Shown one piece after another: positions 1-6,755 of a stretch of 64,000 nt of DNA (positions within the stretch are counted from its first letter, which is position 1; each line of letters begins with the position of its first letter). The stretch is taken from the NCBI GenBank assembly GCA_964532425.1, contig CAZHIA010000004.1, positions 19,740-83,739 on the forward strand, given 5' to 3'. The notes beneath the pieces were generated by a model. That model made no database searches, was not told where the DNA came from, and worked only from the letters and a program-made list of their open reading frames with translations. This DNA comes from an uncultured Candidatus Saccharibacteria bacterium. Its GTDB lineage: Bacteria > Patescibacteriota > Doudnabacteria > UBA920. The position numbers and the translations under genes are program-made.

Positions 1-355
1 TCCGCAACGCATCAACCGGTTCCCGGTCGATCGTGACCATCACCCGTTTGCTTCCCAGCTTGGATTTTAAATACTTCCCTTCAGCAAAAGTGAAACCGCC
101 GAAAATTTCCAGATGTTCGCCCGGCGCAAGGTATTTCCCAATATTCGGCAGTGCATCGCTTTCCAAATCCGCGTGAGGACGCTCGAGTCCGCTGGTAAAT
201 AGCACGACCCGGTCCTTCTTCACGAGTAAAAACGCCCGATTGTGCTCATCAAAAAAAGCACCTGTTAGGTATAACAGGTTCTCTTTTTTCTTGAGTAGCA
301 CCGGATGTCCGATACTGCTTTGAATTCGCTCTATTCTGTCAGGCAGTATATCCAT
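1..355 (-). CDS. Partial CDS (3' end outside window); N-terminal ~118 aa with weak resemblance to the creatinase_N domain of Xaa-Pro aminopeptidases (M24)
   Basis: Reverse-strand ORF with no stop before the window edge, ATG at 353-355. Translation MDILPDRIERIQSSIGHPVLLKKKENLLYLTGAFF... has an N-terminal pattern like M24 peptidase N-domains (LLIT...YLTGF). Confidence 0.35.
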   Translation of the reverse strand, partial: MDILPDRIERIQSSIGHPVLLKKKENLLYLTGAFFDEHNRAFLLVKKDRVVLFTSGLERPHADLESDALPNIGKYLAPGEHLEIFGGFTFAEGKYLKSKLGSKRVMVTIDREPVDALR

Positions 356-623
356 AATCTGTCTTATCTGACTGGCTTAACCTGGTAATAAGATCTTGGG
401 CTGTTACTTTGAATGACTCCAATTTCTGTGCATCCACCTGCTTACCAGCGTTTAAATCTTGCTCCATAGTATCCGCTGATGCGTAAAAAGTATTCAATTC
501 CGCCTTCAGCTCCGGTGGGAGTGTTTCGTGGCCTTGTAAATACGTAGCATACGAAGCCCTGACCTGGTTGCCAAACCAGTTCAACTGAGCAAGCTCACTC
601 GAAAATGAATGTTCGGTTTCCAT
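339..623 (-). CDS. Hypothetical protein, 94 aa
   Basis: ORF in track; no recognisable motif; tightly packed between glyQS and the downstream ORF. Confidence 0.4.
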   Translation of the reverse strand: METEHSFSSELAQLNWFGNQVRASYATYLQGHETLPPELKAELNTFYASADTMEQDLNAGKQVDAQKLESFKVTAQDLITRLSQSDKTDYGYTA

Positions 624-624
624 A

Positions 625-2037
625 TTATTTCAGTTGAGTCGTGAAATAATTGATCAGATCTGCAATGGCTACGCGAGGTTGCTCCTTGGTATCTCGGTTG
701 CGGACGGTGACGGTCCCGTCTTCCAGGGACTGGAAGTCCACGGTAATGCAGAACGGCGTACCGATTTCGTCCTGGCTATAATAACGCTTCCCAACGTTCC
801 CTCTGTCATCCCAGGCAGTGGTAAAATGCGGCGTCAGGCTTGCGTAAACTTCTTTAGCTTTTTCGACAAGCTGCGGCTTGTTGGCCAGCAGCGGAAATAC
901 GGCAACTTTATACGGAGCCAATTTTGGAGGCAAGGACAAGAACACGCGATCTTCCTCTTCTCGGTACGAGTCGAGCAGTACCATAGCCATAAGGCGATTG
1001 ATTCCAACCGCGGGTTCAATCACGTGCGGGACGAATTTCTTATTAGTATGCGGATCGGTATACTGCAAATCTGCCCCGCTGTGCTGCATATGCTGCTTTA
1101 AATCGTAATCGGTCCGGTATGCAATACCCCACAATTCCTTGAAGCCGAACGGGAACAGATATTCCATGTCTTCGGTGCGCTTGCTGTAGAACGAGCGCTC
1201 TTCATCACCATGCTCTCTCCAGCGCAAATGGTCGGCTTTGACCCCAAGAATTTCCGTAACAAACTTCCACATGTCGTTCTTCCAGGTCTCGAACAGCTCT
1301 TCCCATTTTGTCGATTCGGGATCGAAGAAGTATTCAATCTCGGCCTGCTCGAACTCGAGCGTCCGGAAAATAAAGTTCCCTTTGGTAATCTCATTGCGGA
1401 AAGATTTGCCGGTCTGACCGACACCAAACGGCAACCGCACGCGGGTGGAATCCAAAATATTTTTGAAGGACAGGAAAATACCCTGCGCGGTTTCTCCACG
1501 CAGGTATACGAGAGACTGATTCTCCGGAACAATGCCCACATGAGTCTCAAACAGCAAATTAAATTTCCTCACCGGTGTCCAATCGAACTTACCGCAGGTC
1601 GGGCACTTGATCTTGTGTTCTTGAATGATGGCGTCGAGCTCAGCCTCGGTCTTGCCTTCCACTTTCAAATCCGGCACCGCACCTTCAATGAGATGATCGG
1701 CCCGCGTGCGGGTGTGGCAGCTTTTGCATTCCACCATGGAGTCGGTCAAGCCGGCCACATGGCCGGAAGCCACCCAGGTTTTGGGATGCAGGATGATCGA
1801 AGAATCGAGTCCGACCATATCGGGCCGTGAGCGCACGAAAAATTGCCACCAGGCATCGGTGATATTCTTTTTCAATTCCACGCCGGCCGGACCGTATTCG
1901 TAGCTGTTCGCCATCCCGCCGTAAATTTCGCTGCCGGGAAAAACAAAACCGCGGCGCTTGCAGAGACTGACAATCTTTTCCATCTTGTCCGACGTAGCTT
2001 TAGCGAAGTCAGATAACTGTTCGTTTTGTTCGGCCAT
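625..2037 (-). CDS. glyQS: Glycyl-tRNA synthetase, alpha2 (GlyQS) type, class II aaRS
   Basis: Strong match to dimeric GlyRS, e.g. CKRRGFVFPGSEIYGGMANSYEYGPAGVELKKNI and FRNEI motifs, with a C-terminal anticodon-binding region. The track start (GTG at 2100) lies inside a palindromic repeat. The ATG at 2037 (MAEQNEQ...) is preferred because the conserved N-terminus begins just downstream (MEKIVSLCKRRGF). Confidence 0.88.
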   Translation of the reverse strand: MAEQNEQLSDFAKATSDKMEKIVSLCKRRGFVFPGSEIYGGMANSYEYGPAGVELKKNITDAWWQFFVRSRPDMVGLDSSIILHPKTWVASGHVAGLTDSMVECKSCHTRTRADHLIEGAVPDLKVEGKTEAELDAIIQEHKIKCPTCGKFDWTPVRKFNLLFETHVGIVPENQSLVYLRGETAQGIFLSFKNILDSTRVRLPFGVGQTGKSFRNEITKGNFIFRTLEFEQAEIEYFFDPESTKWEELFETWKNDMWKFVTEILGVKADHLRWREHGDEERSFYSKRTEDMEYLFPFGFKELWGIAYRTDYDLKQHMQHSGADLQYTDPHTNKKFVPHVIEPAVGINRLMAMVLLDSYREEEDRVFLSLPPKLAPYKVAVFPLLANKPQLVEKAKEVYASLTPHFTTAWDDRGNVGKRYYSQDEIGTPFCITVDFQSLEDGTVTVRNRDTKEQPRVAIADLINYFTTQLK

Positions 2038-2055
2038 AAGAATCCCCACATTCCT

Positions 2056-2105
2056 GTAGCGTGCCGATTCATCGGCTGACTTAAGCCCATAAATGGGCAC
2101 GCTAC
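2056..2105. repeat. Family-A palindromic repeat copy (GTAGCGTGCC-GATTCATCGGC ... GCCCATAAATGGGCACGCTAC) in the glyQS 5' leader
   Basis: Near-perfect 50-bp inverted repeat. Related copies at 13760-13817 and 50420-50476. Confidence 0.7.
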
Positions 2106-2192
2106 ACGATCTTTTTAATATAATTCCTCACCATTATACCAAAAACCGCACCCTGCTGCCAAGGTGCAGATTACCAGCCATTTACTGAGAGT

Positions 2193-2305
2193 TGTCATCG
2201 CGAGGCACCAAAGGGCTTTAGCTTTGGTACCGTGGCGATCTTGCCAAAAAAGATTGCTTCACCCTGCTATTTTATTGCTAGAAAATAGCAGGGCTCGCAA
2301 TGACA
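2193..2305. repeat. Short element bounded by 12-bp inverted repeats TGTCATCGCGAG / CTCGCAATGACA; it contains the tgt terminator hairpin
   Basis: The terminal inverted repeats match those of the element at 28442-28593 (TGTCATTGCGAG / CTCGCAATGACA). An internal AAGATTGCTTC motif is shared. Confidence 0.5.
2245..2293 (-). terminator. Rho-independent terminator of tgt
   Basis: Hairpin CCCTGCTATTTTATTGCTAGAAAATAGCAGGG, followed on the minus strand by a U-tract (TTTTTT). Confidence 0.7.
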
Positions 2306-2321
2306 ATAAAATATATCCGAT

Positions 2322-3506
2322 TTATTGATCTTTCAACAAAACCGTATAATCCCGGTACGTTTTGACCATCTCATCGAAGTTCTCGTACTGGATGGCTGTG
2401 CGGATCTTCTGCATCAAGTTCAGATAGAACTTCAAGTTGTGCATAGTAGCCAGGCGGATAGCCAGCGGTTCGCCGGTGGCAAACAGGTGGCGCAAATAGG
2501 ATTTGGAATGGTTCAGGCACAAGTAGCAGTCGCAACCGTTGTCGACTGTCGTAAAGTCTTCACGGTATTTCTCAAGCCTGATGTCGATAGTCTGATAGCC
2601 TTCGACTGTCCCATCGTTCGTTTCTATATTCCGTGCGGTGATGTAAAGCCGGCCATGCCGCGCCTCGCGCGTCGGGATGACGCAGTCAAACGTATCGCAG
2701 CCGCGCGCCGCCCCTTGGACAATATCAAACGGCGTGCCCACGCCAAGCAAATGTTTGGGTGCGGTTTCCGGCAAGAAAGGGATACAGTACTCAATAGCTT
2801 TCATCATCTCTTCGTGCGGTTCTCCTACTGCCACGCCGCCAATAGCAAAACCCTCAAAGCCAAAGTTGACCATGTCCTCGGCTGACTTTTTGCGCAGATC
2901 AGGGAAAGATGCACCTTGCACGATCCCCCACAGCTTTTGCCCCGGATTGACCGGGTCTCCGTCAATCATAATCTTCTGGTGCTCGCGAATAGCACGCTCG
3001 GCCCAGCGGTTGGTCTGCTCAATGGATTGCTTGCTGCGGCCATGTTCGAACGGGAAGCCGGGGAAGTCATCCAATATCAAAGCGATATCGCTGCCGAGGT
3101 TGGCCTGGATGTCCACGGATTTTTCCGGACTCAAAATTTCCTGCCGCCCGTCCAGATCGAACTGGAACAGCACCCCGGCTTCCATGACCTTGCGCATCTT
3201 GGAAAGTGAAAAAACCTGGAACCCGCCGCTGTCGGTAAAAATAGGACCTTTCCAGTTCATGAACTTATGGAGCCCGCCCGCTTTGTAAATGAGTGCATCC
3301 CCCGGCCGCTGCCATAAATGATAGGTATTAGCCAGCACCATCTGAGCGCCCCAAAACTTCAGTTCTTCGGTCGTAACTGATTTAATGGCACCTTTGGTAC
3401 CGATCGGCAAAAACATCGGCGTCAAGACATCGCCGTGCGCGGTGTGCAGCACGCCATTACGCGCACTGCTGCCTGCATCTTTTTTGAGAATTTCGAAGTA
3501 AGACAT
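2322..3506 (-). CDS. tgt: Queuine tRNA-ribosyltransferase (tRNA-guanine transglycosylase)
   Basis: Canonical Tgt sequence (LPIGTKGAIK, FTDSGGFQVFSL, GIVQGASFPDLR, CDCYLC zinc site). Start reassigned to the ATG at 3506 (MSYFEILKK...); the longer track ORF to 3722 is a non-conserved upstream extension. Confidence 0.92.
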   Translation of the reverse strand: MSYFEILKKDAGSSARNGVLHTAHGDVLTPMFLPIGTKGAIKSVTTEELKFWGAQMVLANTYHLWQRPGDALIYKAGGLHKFMNWKGPIFTDSGGFQVFSLSKMRKVMEAGVLFQFDLDGRQEILSPEKSVDIQANLGSDIALILDDFPGFPFEHGRSKQSIEQTNRWAERAIREHQKIMIDGDPVNPGQKLWGIVQGASFPDLRKKSAEDMVNFGFEGFAIGGVAVGEPHEEMMKAIEYCIPFLPETAPKHLLGVGTPFDIVQGAARGCDTFDCVIPTREARHGRLYITARNIETNDGTVEGYQTIDIRLEKYREDFTTVDNGCDCYLCLNHSKSYLRHLFATGEPLAIRLATMHNLKFYLNLMQKIRTAIQYENFDEMVKTYRDYTVLLKDQ

Positions 3507-3586
3507 TAGCCATAGTATACTAAATTTTCGCCATTTTGAAAATTGTATATGATATAGTACAATACCAAAAACCACCAGGAGGGTTT

Positions 3587-3784
3587 GTGAGCACTGAACT
3601 TGTAATCGAAATTGAGCAGGACACAGACGGCCGCTGGATCGGCGAAGTAATATCCATGCCCGGAGTGATGGTCTATGGTGCCAGTCCGGAGGATGCGCGG
3701 GCCCGTGCTGCAAAGCTCGCACAACAGGTCATCCAAGATCGGGAAGAAACTGCTTCTCCCTACGATCGCCCGGAATTCGAATAA
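3587..3784 (+). CDS. UPF0150/HicB-like small protein (type II antitoxin-like fold)
   Basis: Motif GRWIGEVISMPGVMVYGASPEDARARA is typical of the HicB/UPF0150 family. GTG start with a strong AGGAGG 7 nt upstream; the ATG at 3536 (track) lacks an RBS. Confidence 0.55.
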   Translation: MSTELVIEIEQDTDGRWIGEVISMPGVMVYGASPEDARARAAKLAQQVIQDREETASPYDRPEFE

Positions 3785-3823
3785 CTAAAAGACCGCTGCC
3801 ACGCTGGCCTGCGCCATTAACAC

Positions 3824-3857
3824 AAACCCCTGCTTTCGTTTGAAAGCAGGGGTTCTT
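3824..3857. terminator. Bidirectional intrinsic terminator
   Basis: CCCCTGCTTTCGTTTGAAAGCAGGGG hairpin flanked by an A-tract and a T-tract, between convergent genes. Confidence 0.7.
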
Positions 3858-3885
3858 ATAGTACCTGAGGGACAGCAGAGTGCCA

Positions 3886-4122
3886 TTACACTTCCCGAGC
3901 ACTGATCCTTCCCGAATCACGCCGTGCCAGCGCTCCCATGATGAATATGGCATACAGAGCCGCCAGGCCGACCAGCGCGTAGATAATACGCGACAGTGCC
4001 GAAAGGTTACCGAAAATGCTGGCCACCAGGTCGTACTTAAAGAATCCAACCAGTCCCCAGTTGAGCCCGCCGATGATAAGCAAGACTAGCGCCAAATAAT
4101 CAAGTCCATTGAGTTTATTCAC
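3886..4122 (-). CDS. DUF378-family small membrane protein
   Basis: Conserved GGLNWGLVGFF...DLVA motif with two TM helices. Start set to the GTG at 4122 with an AAGGAG RBS; the track ATG at 4152 has no RBS. Confidence 0.6.
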   Translation of the reverse strand: MNKLNGLDYLALVLLIIGGLNWGLVGFFKYDLVASIFGNLSALSRIIYALVGLAALYAIFIMGALARRDSGRISAREV

Positions 4123-4259
4123 ACATACTCCTTTCCAAGCCCCGCTTGGCATTAATACACCTTCTGTAATGACGACGACACAGCTACCAGCTTCTGTATC
4201 GGGTTATTTTTACTTGCTTGACCTGATAATTTTTGTAGGGGCAATACGTCAATGGTTAA

Positions 4260-4517
4260 ATGAAAAATTCACACGGAGGTACCCTTGTTGCCTTAGAGCA
4301 ACCCATTGATGTAGATTCATTGCCAGTCTCGACCGAACTCGACACCAACGCGCTATGGATAGCCGACATAGCGAACGTCCCCGGACAAGTTCCCGGATGT
4401 TCCGCCTACGGAATTTCGGAAGCTGAAGCCATTGCCAACGTCCGCTTTCTGGTCAAGAAGGCCCTGGCCAACATGTCTATGAGCGCTGCCAGAAAAGCTT
4501 CTCTCGATACGAAATGA
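4260..4517 (+). CDS. Second UPF0150/HicB-like small protein (paralog of 3587-3784)
   Basis: LWIADIANVPGQVPGCSAYGISEAEAIANVRFLV parallels the first copy, including the shared VSTEL start region. The exact start is uncertain. Confidence 0.5.
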   Translation: MKNSHGGTLVALEQPIDVDSLPVSTELDTNALWIADIANVPGQVPGCSAYGISEAEAIANVRFLVKKALANMSMSAARKASLDTK

Positions 4518-4540
4518 TGAATCAACCCGCCAACATACAA

Positions 4541-4579
4541 AAGCTCCCGCTTCATTCGAACGGGAGCTGTATTCTTTTG
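4541..4579 (+). terminator. Intrinsic terminator
   Basis: AAGCTCCCGCTTCATTCGAACGGGAGCT hairpin followed by TATTCTTTTGT. Confidence 0.65.
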
Positions 4580-4608
4580 TACGATAGATTCCACTCTCTG
4601 ATCGTTTC

Positions 4609-4697
4609 ATTAAATTACGGCAGGCCACGGGCCTGCACTACAACTCGCTGATGGTGTGATAAATGTAGTGCAGGCCCGCGGCCTGCTGCTTTAATGG
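4609..4697. repeat. Family-B palindromic element (two inverted copies of the hairpin unit GTAGTGCAGGCCnnnGGCCTGC)
   Basis: GCAGGCCACGGGCCTGCACTACA ...22 nt... TGTAGTGCAGGCCCGCGGCCTGC, with flanking CATTAAATTA / TTTAATG inverted. A related copy is at 30322-30400. Confidence 0.7.
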
Positions 4698-4840
4698 AGG
4701 GTCGGTTATCAACCGCCATGTATTTGAATATCCGCTTGGATGTGTACTATCCGCCCATACACCTTCCCCATAAGAAAGAGCCGCATCCGGGGTGGACACG
4801 GCTCAAAAGTACTGCAAGGTTTGAGATAGGACTTCTACTT

Positions 4841-5476
4841 CTAGGCGTAGTAGCCGTACTTCTGCCGACCGGAGTACTTCTTCCGTACGGTCAGGGTACA
4901 GACCGGCATTTCGCCGGTGACAAGGAGATCAATCAGCGGAGCGCGCAATGCACGCTGGTTACGTTTACGTCCGGCATTCCGTTTGCTGCGATGCCCGCGG
5001 TCCGGTGATCCGTGATACCCGCTGCGTTTGTCGCGACACTTGCCGAAGTAGCCGTTACCGTAGTACTCCAAGGCGTTCGCCCTGGATGAACCCTGCCCGA
5101 CTTCGGACAGCTCGTCTTCCGGAACGGAGGATACCACGCGGTCAATCTCCCGCCGCTCTTCGTGGGTCAAGTGCAGTGCTTCGAGTTCTGCACCCAGTGC
5201 CCCGACCGAGTTCATAGCCAGGGAAAGGCTGATCAAGCCGCCGTTGTTGGCGGCCACAGCATCGAGGTAACTATCGATCTGTTCCTGGCGTGACGGGGCA
5301 GAGGGAACGACTTCGACAGCGATAACTTCGACGACCGTGACGATTACAGCCACTTCCGGTGCCTTTTTGGTCTTCACCGGCGGACGCAGAGGTCCGCCGA
5401 TTTCCCGAATGTGATTGAGCAAACTCGTGCTGGCGGTGGCGATCATTCGGCCACCTTTTTGTCCTTCAAACCTCAA
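4841..5476 (-). CDS. Hypothetical protein with Arg/Lys-rich C-terminus
   Basis: ORF in track. TTG start at 5476 has an AGGAGG 5 nt upstream; an alternative ATG is at 5446. No family recognised. Confidence 0.45.
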   Translation of the reverse strand: MRFEGQKGGRMIATASTSLLNHIREIGGPLRPPVKTKKAPEVAVIVTVVEVIAVEVVPSAPSRQEQIDSYLDAVAANNGGLISLSLAMNSVGALGAELEALHLTHEERREIDRVVSSVPEDELSEVGQGSSRANALEYYGNGYFGKCRDKRSGYHGSPDRGHRSKRNAGRKRNQRALRAPLIDLLVTGEMPVCTLTVRKKYSGRQKYGYYA

Positions 5477-5550
5477 GTTTTCCTCCTGAAAAGATGGGTT
5501 TTGAAAACTAACCCATAATTATAGCATTTTTTAACATTTTTGTCAATATT

Positions 5551-5579
5551 AAAATCCCTAGTATTTACTAGGGATTTTA
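5551..5579 (-). terminator. Intrinsic terminator downstream of the 5595-6569 gene
   Basis: AAATCCCTAGTATTTACTAGGGATTTT perfect hairpin with a T-tract. Confidence 0.7.
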
Positions 5580-5594
5580 TAAAATATGCCTTAT

Positions 5595-6569
5595 TTACAT
5601 TACCCGCGTATGAGCGGAGTTGCCGTGCGCCATATGGGTGGGAAGCGAATCAAATTCTTCAAGAATCATTTTCAGCTCCTGAATCGGTGGGGTGCTATCT
5701 ATTTCTTCCAAAGTGTGCCCGGTCTGAACAGATTCCTGGAGCAGTGCGTCTATTTGGTTTCTCGCATAGGTAAAATATTCAGAAATTCCACGACCATCCC
5801 TCGTTCGGGTGTTTCGCGAGGCCGCATACTGTTGGAATTTTTCCAATTGCAAAGAAATCTGGCGAAGTATAATTTTTTTCATCAGACCGTTCTGGGTCAC
5901 CTTGCCCTGCTGCCAACCCCGGACCATCACTTGTGCCGCTTCTCGGTTCATCATAATCACAACACGGGGCAAATGATGAAGCCATCCCTGGTAGTCTCCC
6001 CTCTTGGAGCGGAAGTATTTGACTGAACCGAGCCTGCCGGCATCCAAATCATTCTTGATGCGGCTAAATTTATAGCTCGGGTCCTGGTTGTAGGTAATGT
6101 CAGTAGCAAGTCCCATGTGTTTGGTCGCGCCGGACTGCTCTTCAAATTCAAGGATTGAATCTACGCCGTTTTCGAAATCATCATAATCGGTCGTCATGTA
6201 CATGGTCGCGGATTCGCCGAACCACTTCAGCTCGTTCGAACAATCATACAGTGCCACTTCAAGCGTCTTGGCCAATTTTTGCAATTCCGGATCCTTCCGT
6301 TCTTCGCGATCACGCGAGCTCTGCGTGGCTTTTTTTAATTCGATATGTTCCTTATCTTCTTCAATTTGCCGTTGGTTGGAACGTCCGTTCGGCTCCACAT
6401 GAATAAAACTATCCAGGGTGGGTTTTTCCCGGTCCGCAATGGCCATGGCTCTTTCGTAAGCGGCGGCTTCAAGACTTAACGGCACATGTTCGGACTTTGG
6501 CTCCGGCACGTCCCGCGGTGGTTGAGCGGGAGCTTTGTAATTGGTATAACGTCGTGGTTGTGGATGCAT
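5595..6569 (-). CDS. Hypothetical protein, 324 aa
   Basis: Long ORF with its own terminator; charged and acidic regions; no motif recognised. Confidence 0.55.
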   Translation of the reverse strand: MHPQPRRYTNYKAPAQPPRDVPEPKSEHVPLSLEAAAYERAMAIADREKPTLDSFIHVEPNGRSNQRQIEEDKEHIELKKATQSSRDREERKDPELQKLAKTLEVALYDCSNELKWFGESATMYMTTDYDDFENGVDSILEFEEQSGATKHMGLATDITYNQDPSYKFSRIKNDLDAGRLGSVKYFRSKRGDYQGWLHHLPRVVIMMNREAAQVMVRGWQQGKVTQNGLMKKIILRQISLQLEKFQQYAASRNTRTRDGRGISEYFTYARNQIDALLQESVQTGHTLEEIDSTPPIQELKMILEEFDSLPTHMAHGNSAHTRVM

Positions 6570-6666
6570 ATTTTCACATTATCCTTCTACAATCAAAGTA
6601 TACCAAATTCCTCAAAATTAAGCAGCCCTTGGCGAGCACTATGATACAAGGAAGTATCGTAGTAGA

Positions 6667-6702
6667 TACAAAACAACCCCGTCCTCAGATTGAGGACGGG
6701 GT
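6667..6702 (-). terminator. Intrinsic terminator of pnp
   Basis: AACCCCGTCCTCAGATTGAGGACGGGGTT hairpin plus a U-tract on the minus strand. The stem is shared with the terminator at 21309-21346. Confidence 0.75.
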
Positions 6703-6755
6703 TGTGTAAATTTTGTATCACTTCTCCCTTCACACTATTGCCTTCTGCCTAAGGT

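Noticed and set aside
634-1830. Plus-strand ORFs (634-1101, 878-1108, 1210-1830) inside the glyQS region
   Set aside because: They lie antisense within a gene that has strong conserved GlyRS homology. They are shadow ORFs, as are the antisense ORFs inside tgt, pnp, xerC, copA, the ABC transporter and the giant surface protein.
2108-2250. T-box or glycine riboswitch upstream of glyQS
   Set aside because: No recognisable T-box (AATTAGGGTGGNACCGCG-like) or glycine-riboswitch consensus was seen by eye. Only the palindromic repeat is evident.
3506-3722. Longer track ORFs for tgt (to 3722), pnp (to 9194), M23 peptidase (from 25095), rsuA-like (from 16926), arsR (to 47025) and the thioredoxin (from 46965)
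   Set aside because: The upstream extensions are non-conserved. Internal ATGs coincide with canonical protein N-termini and/or RBS motifs.
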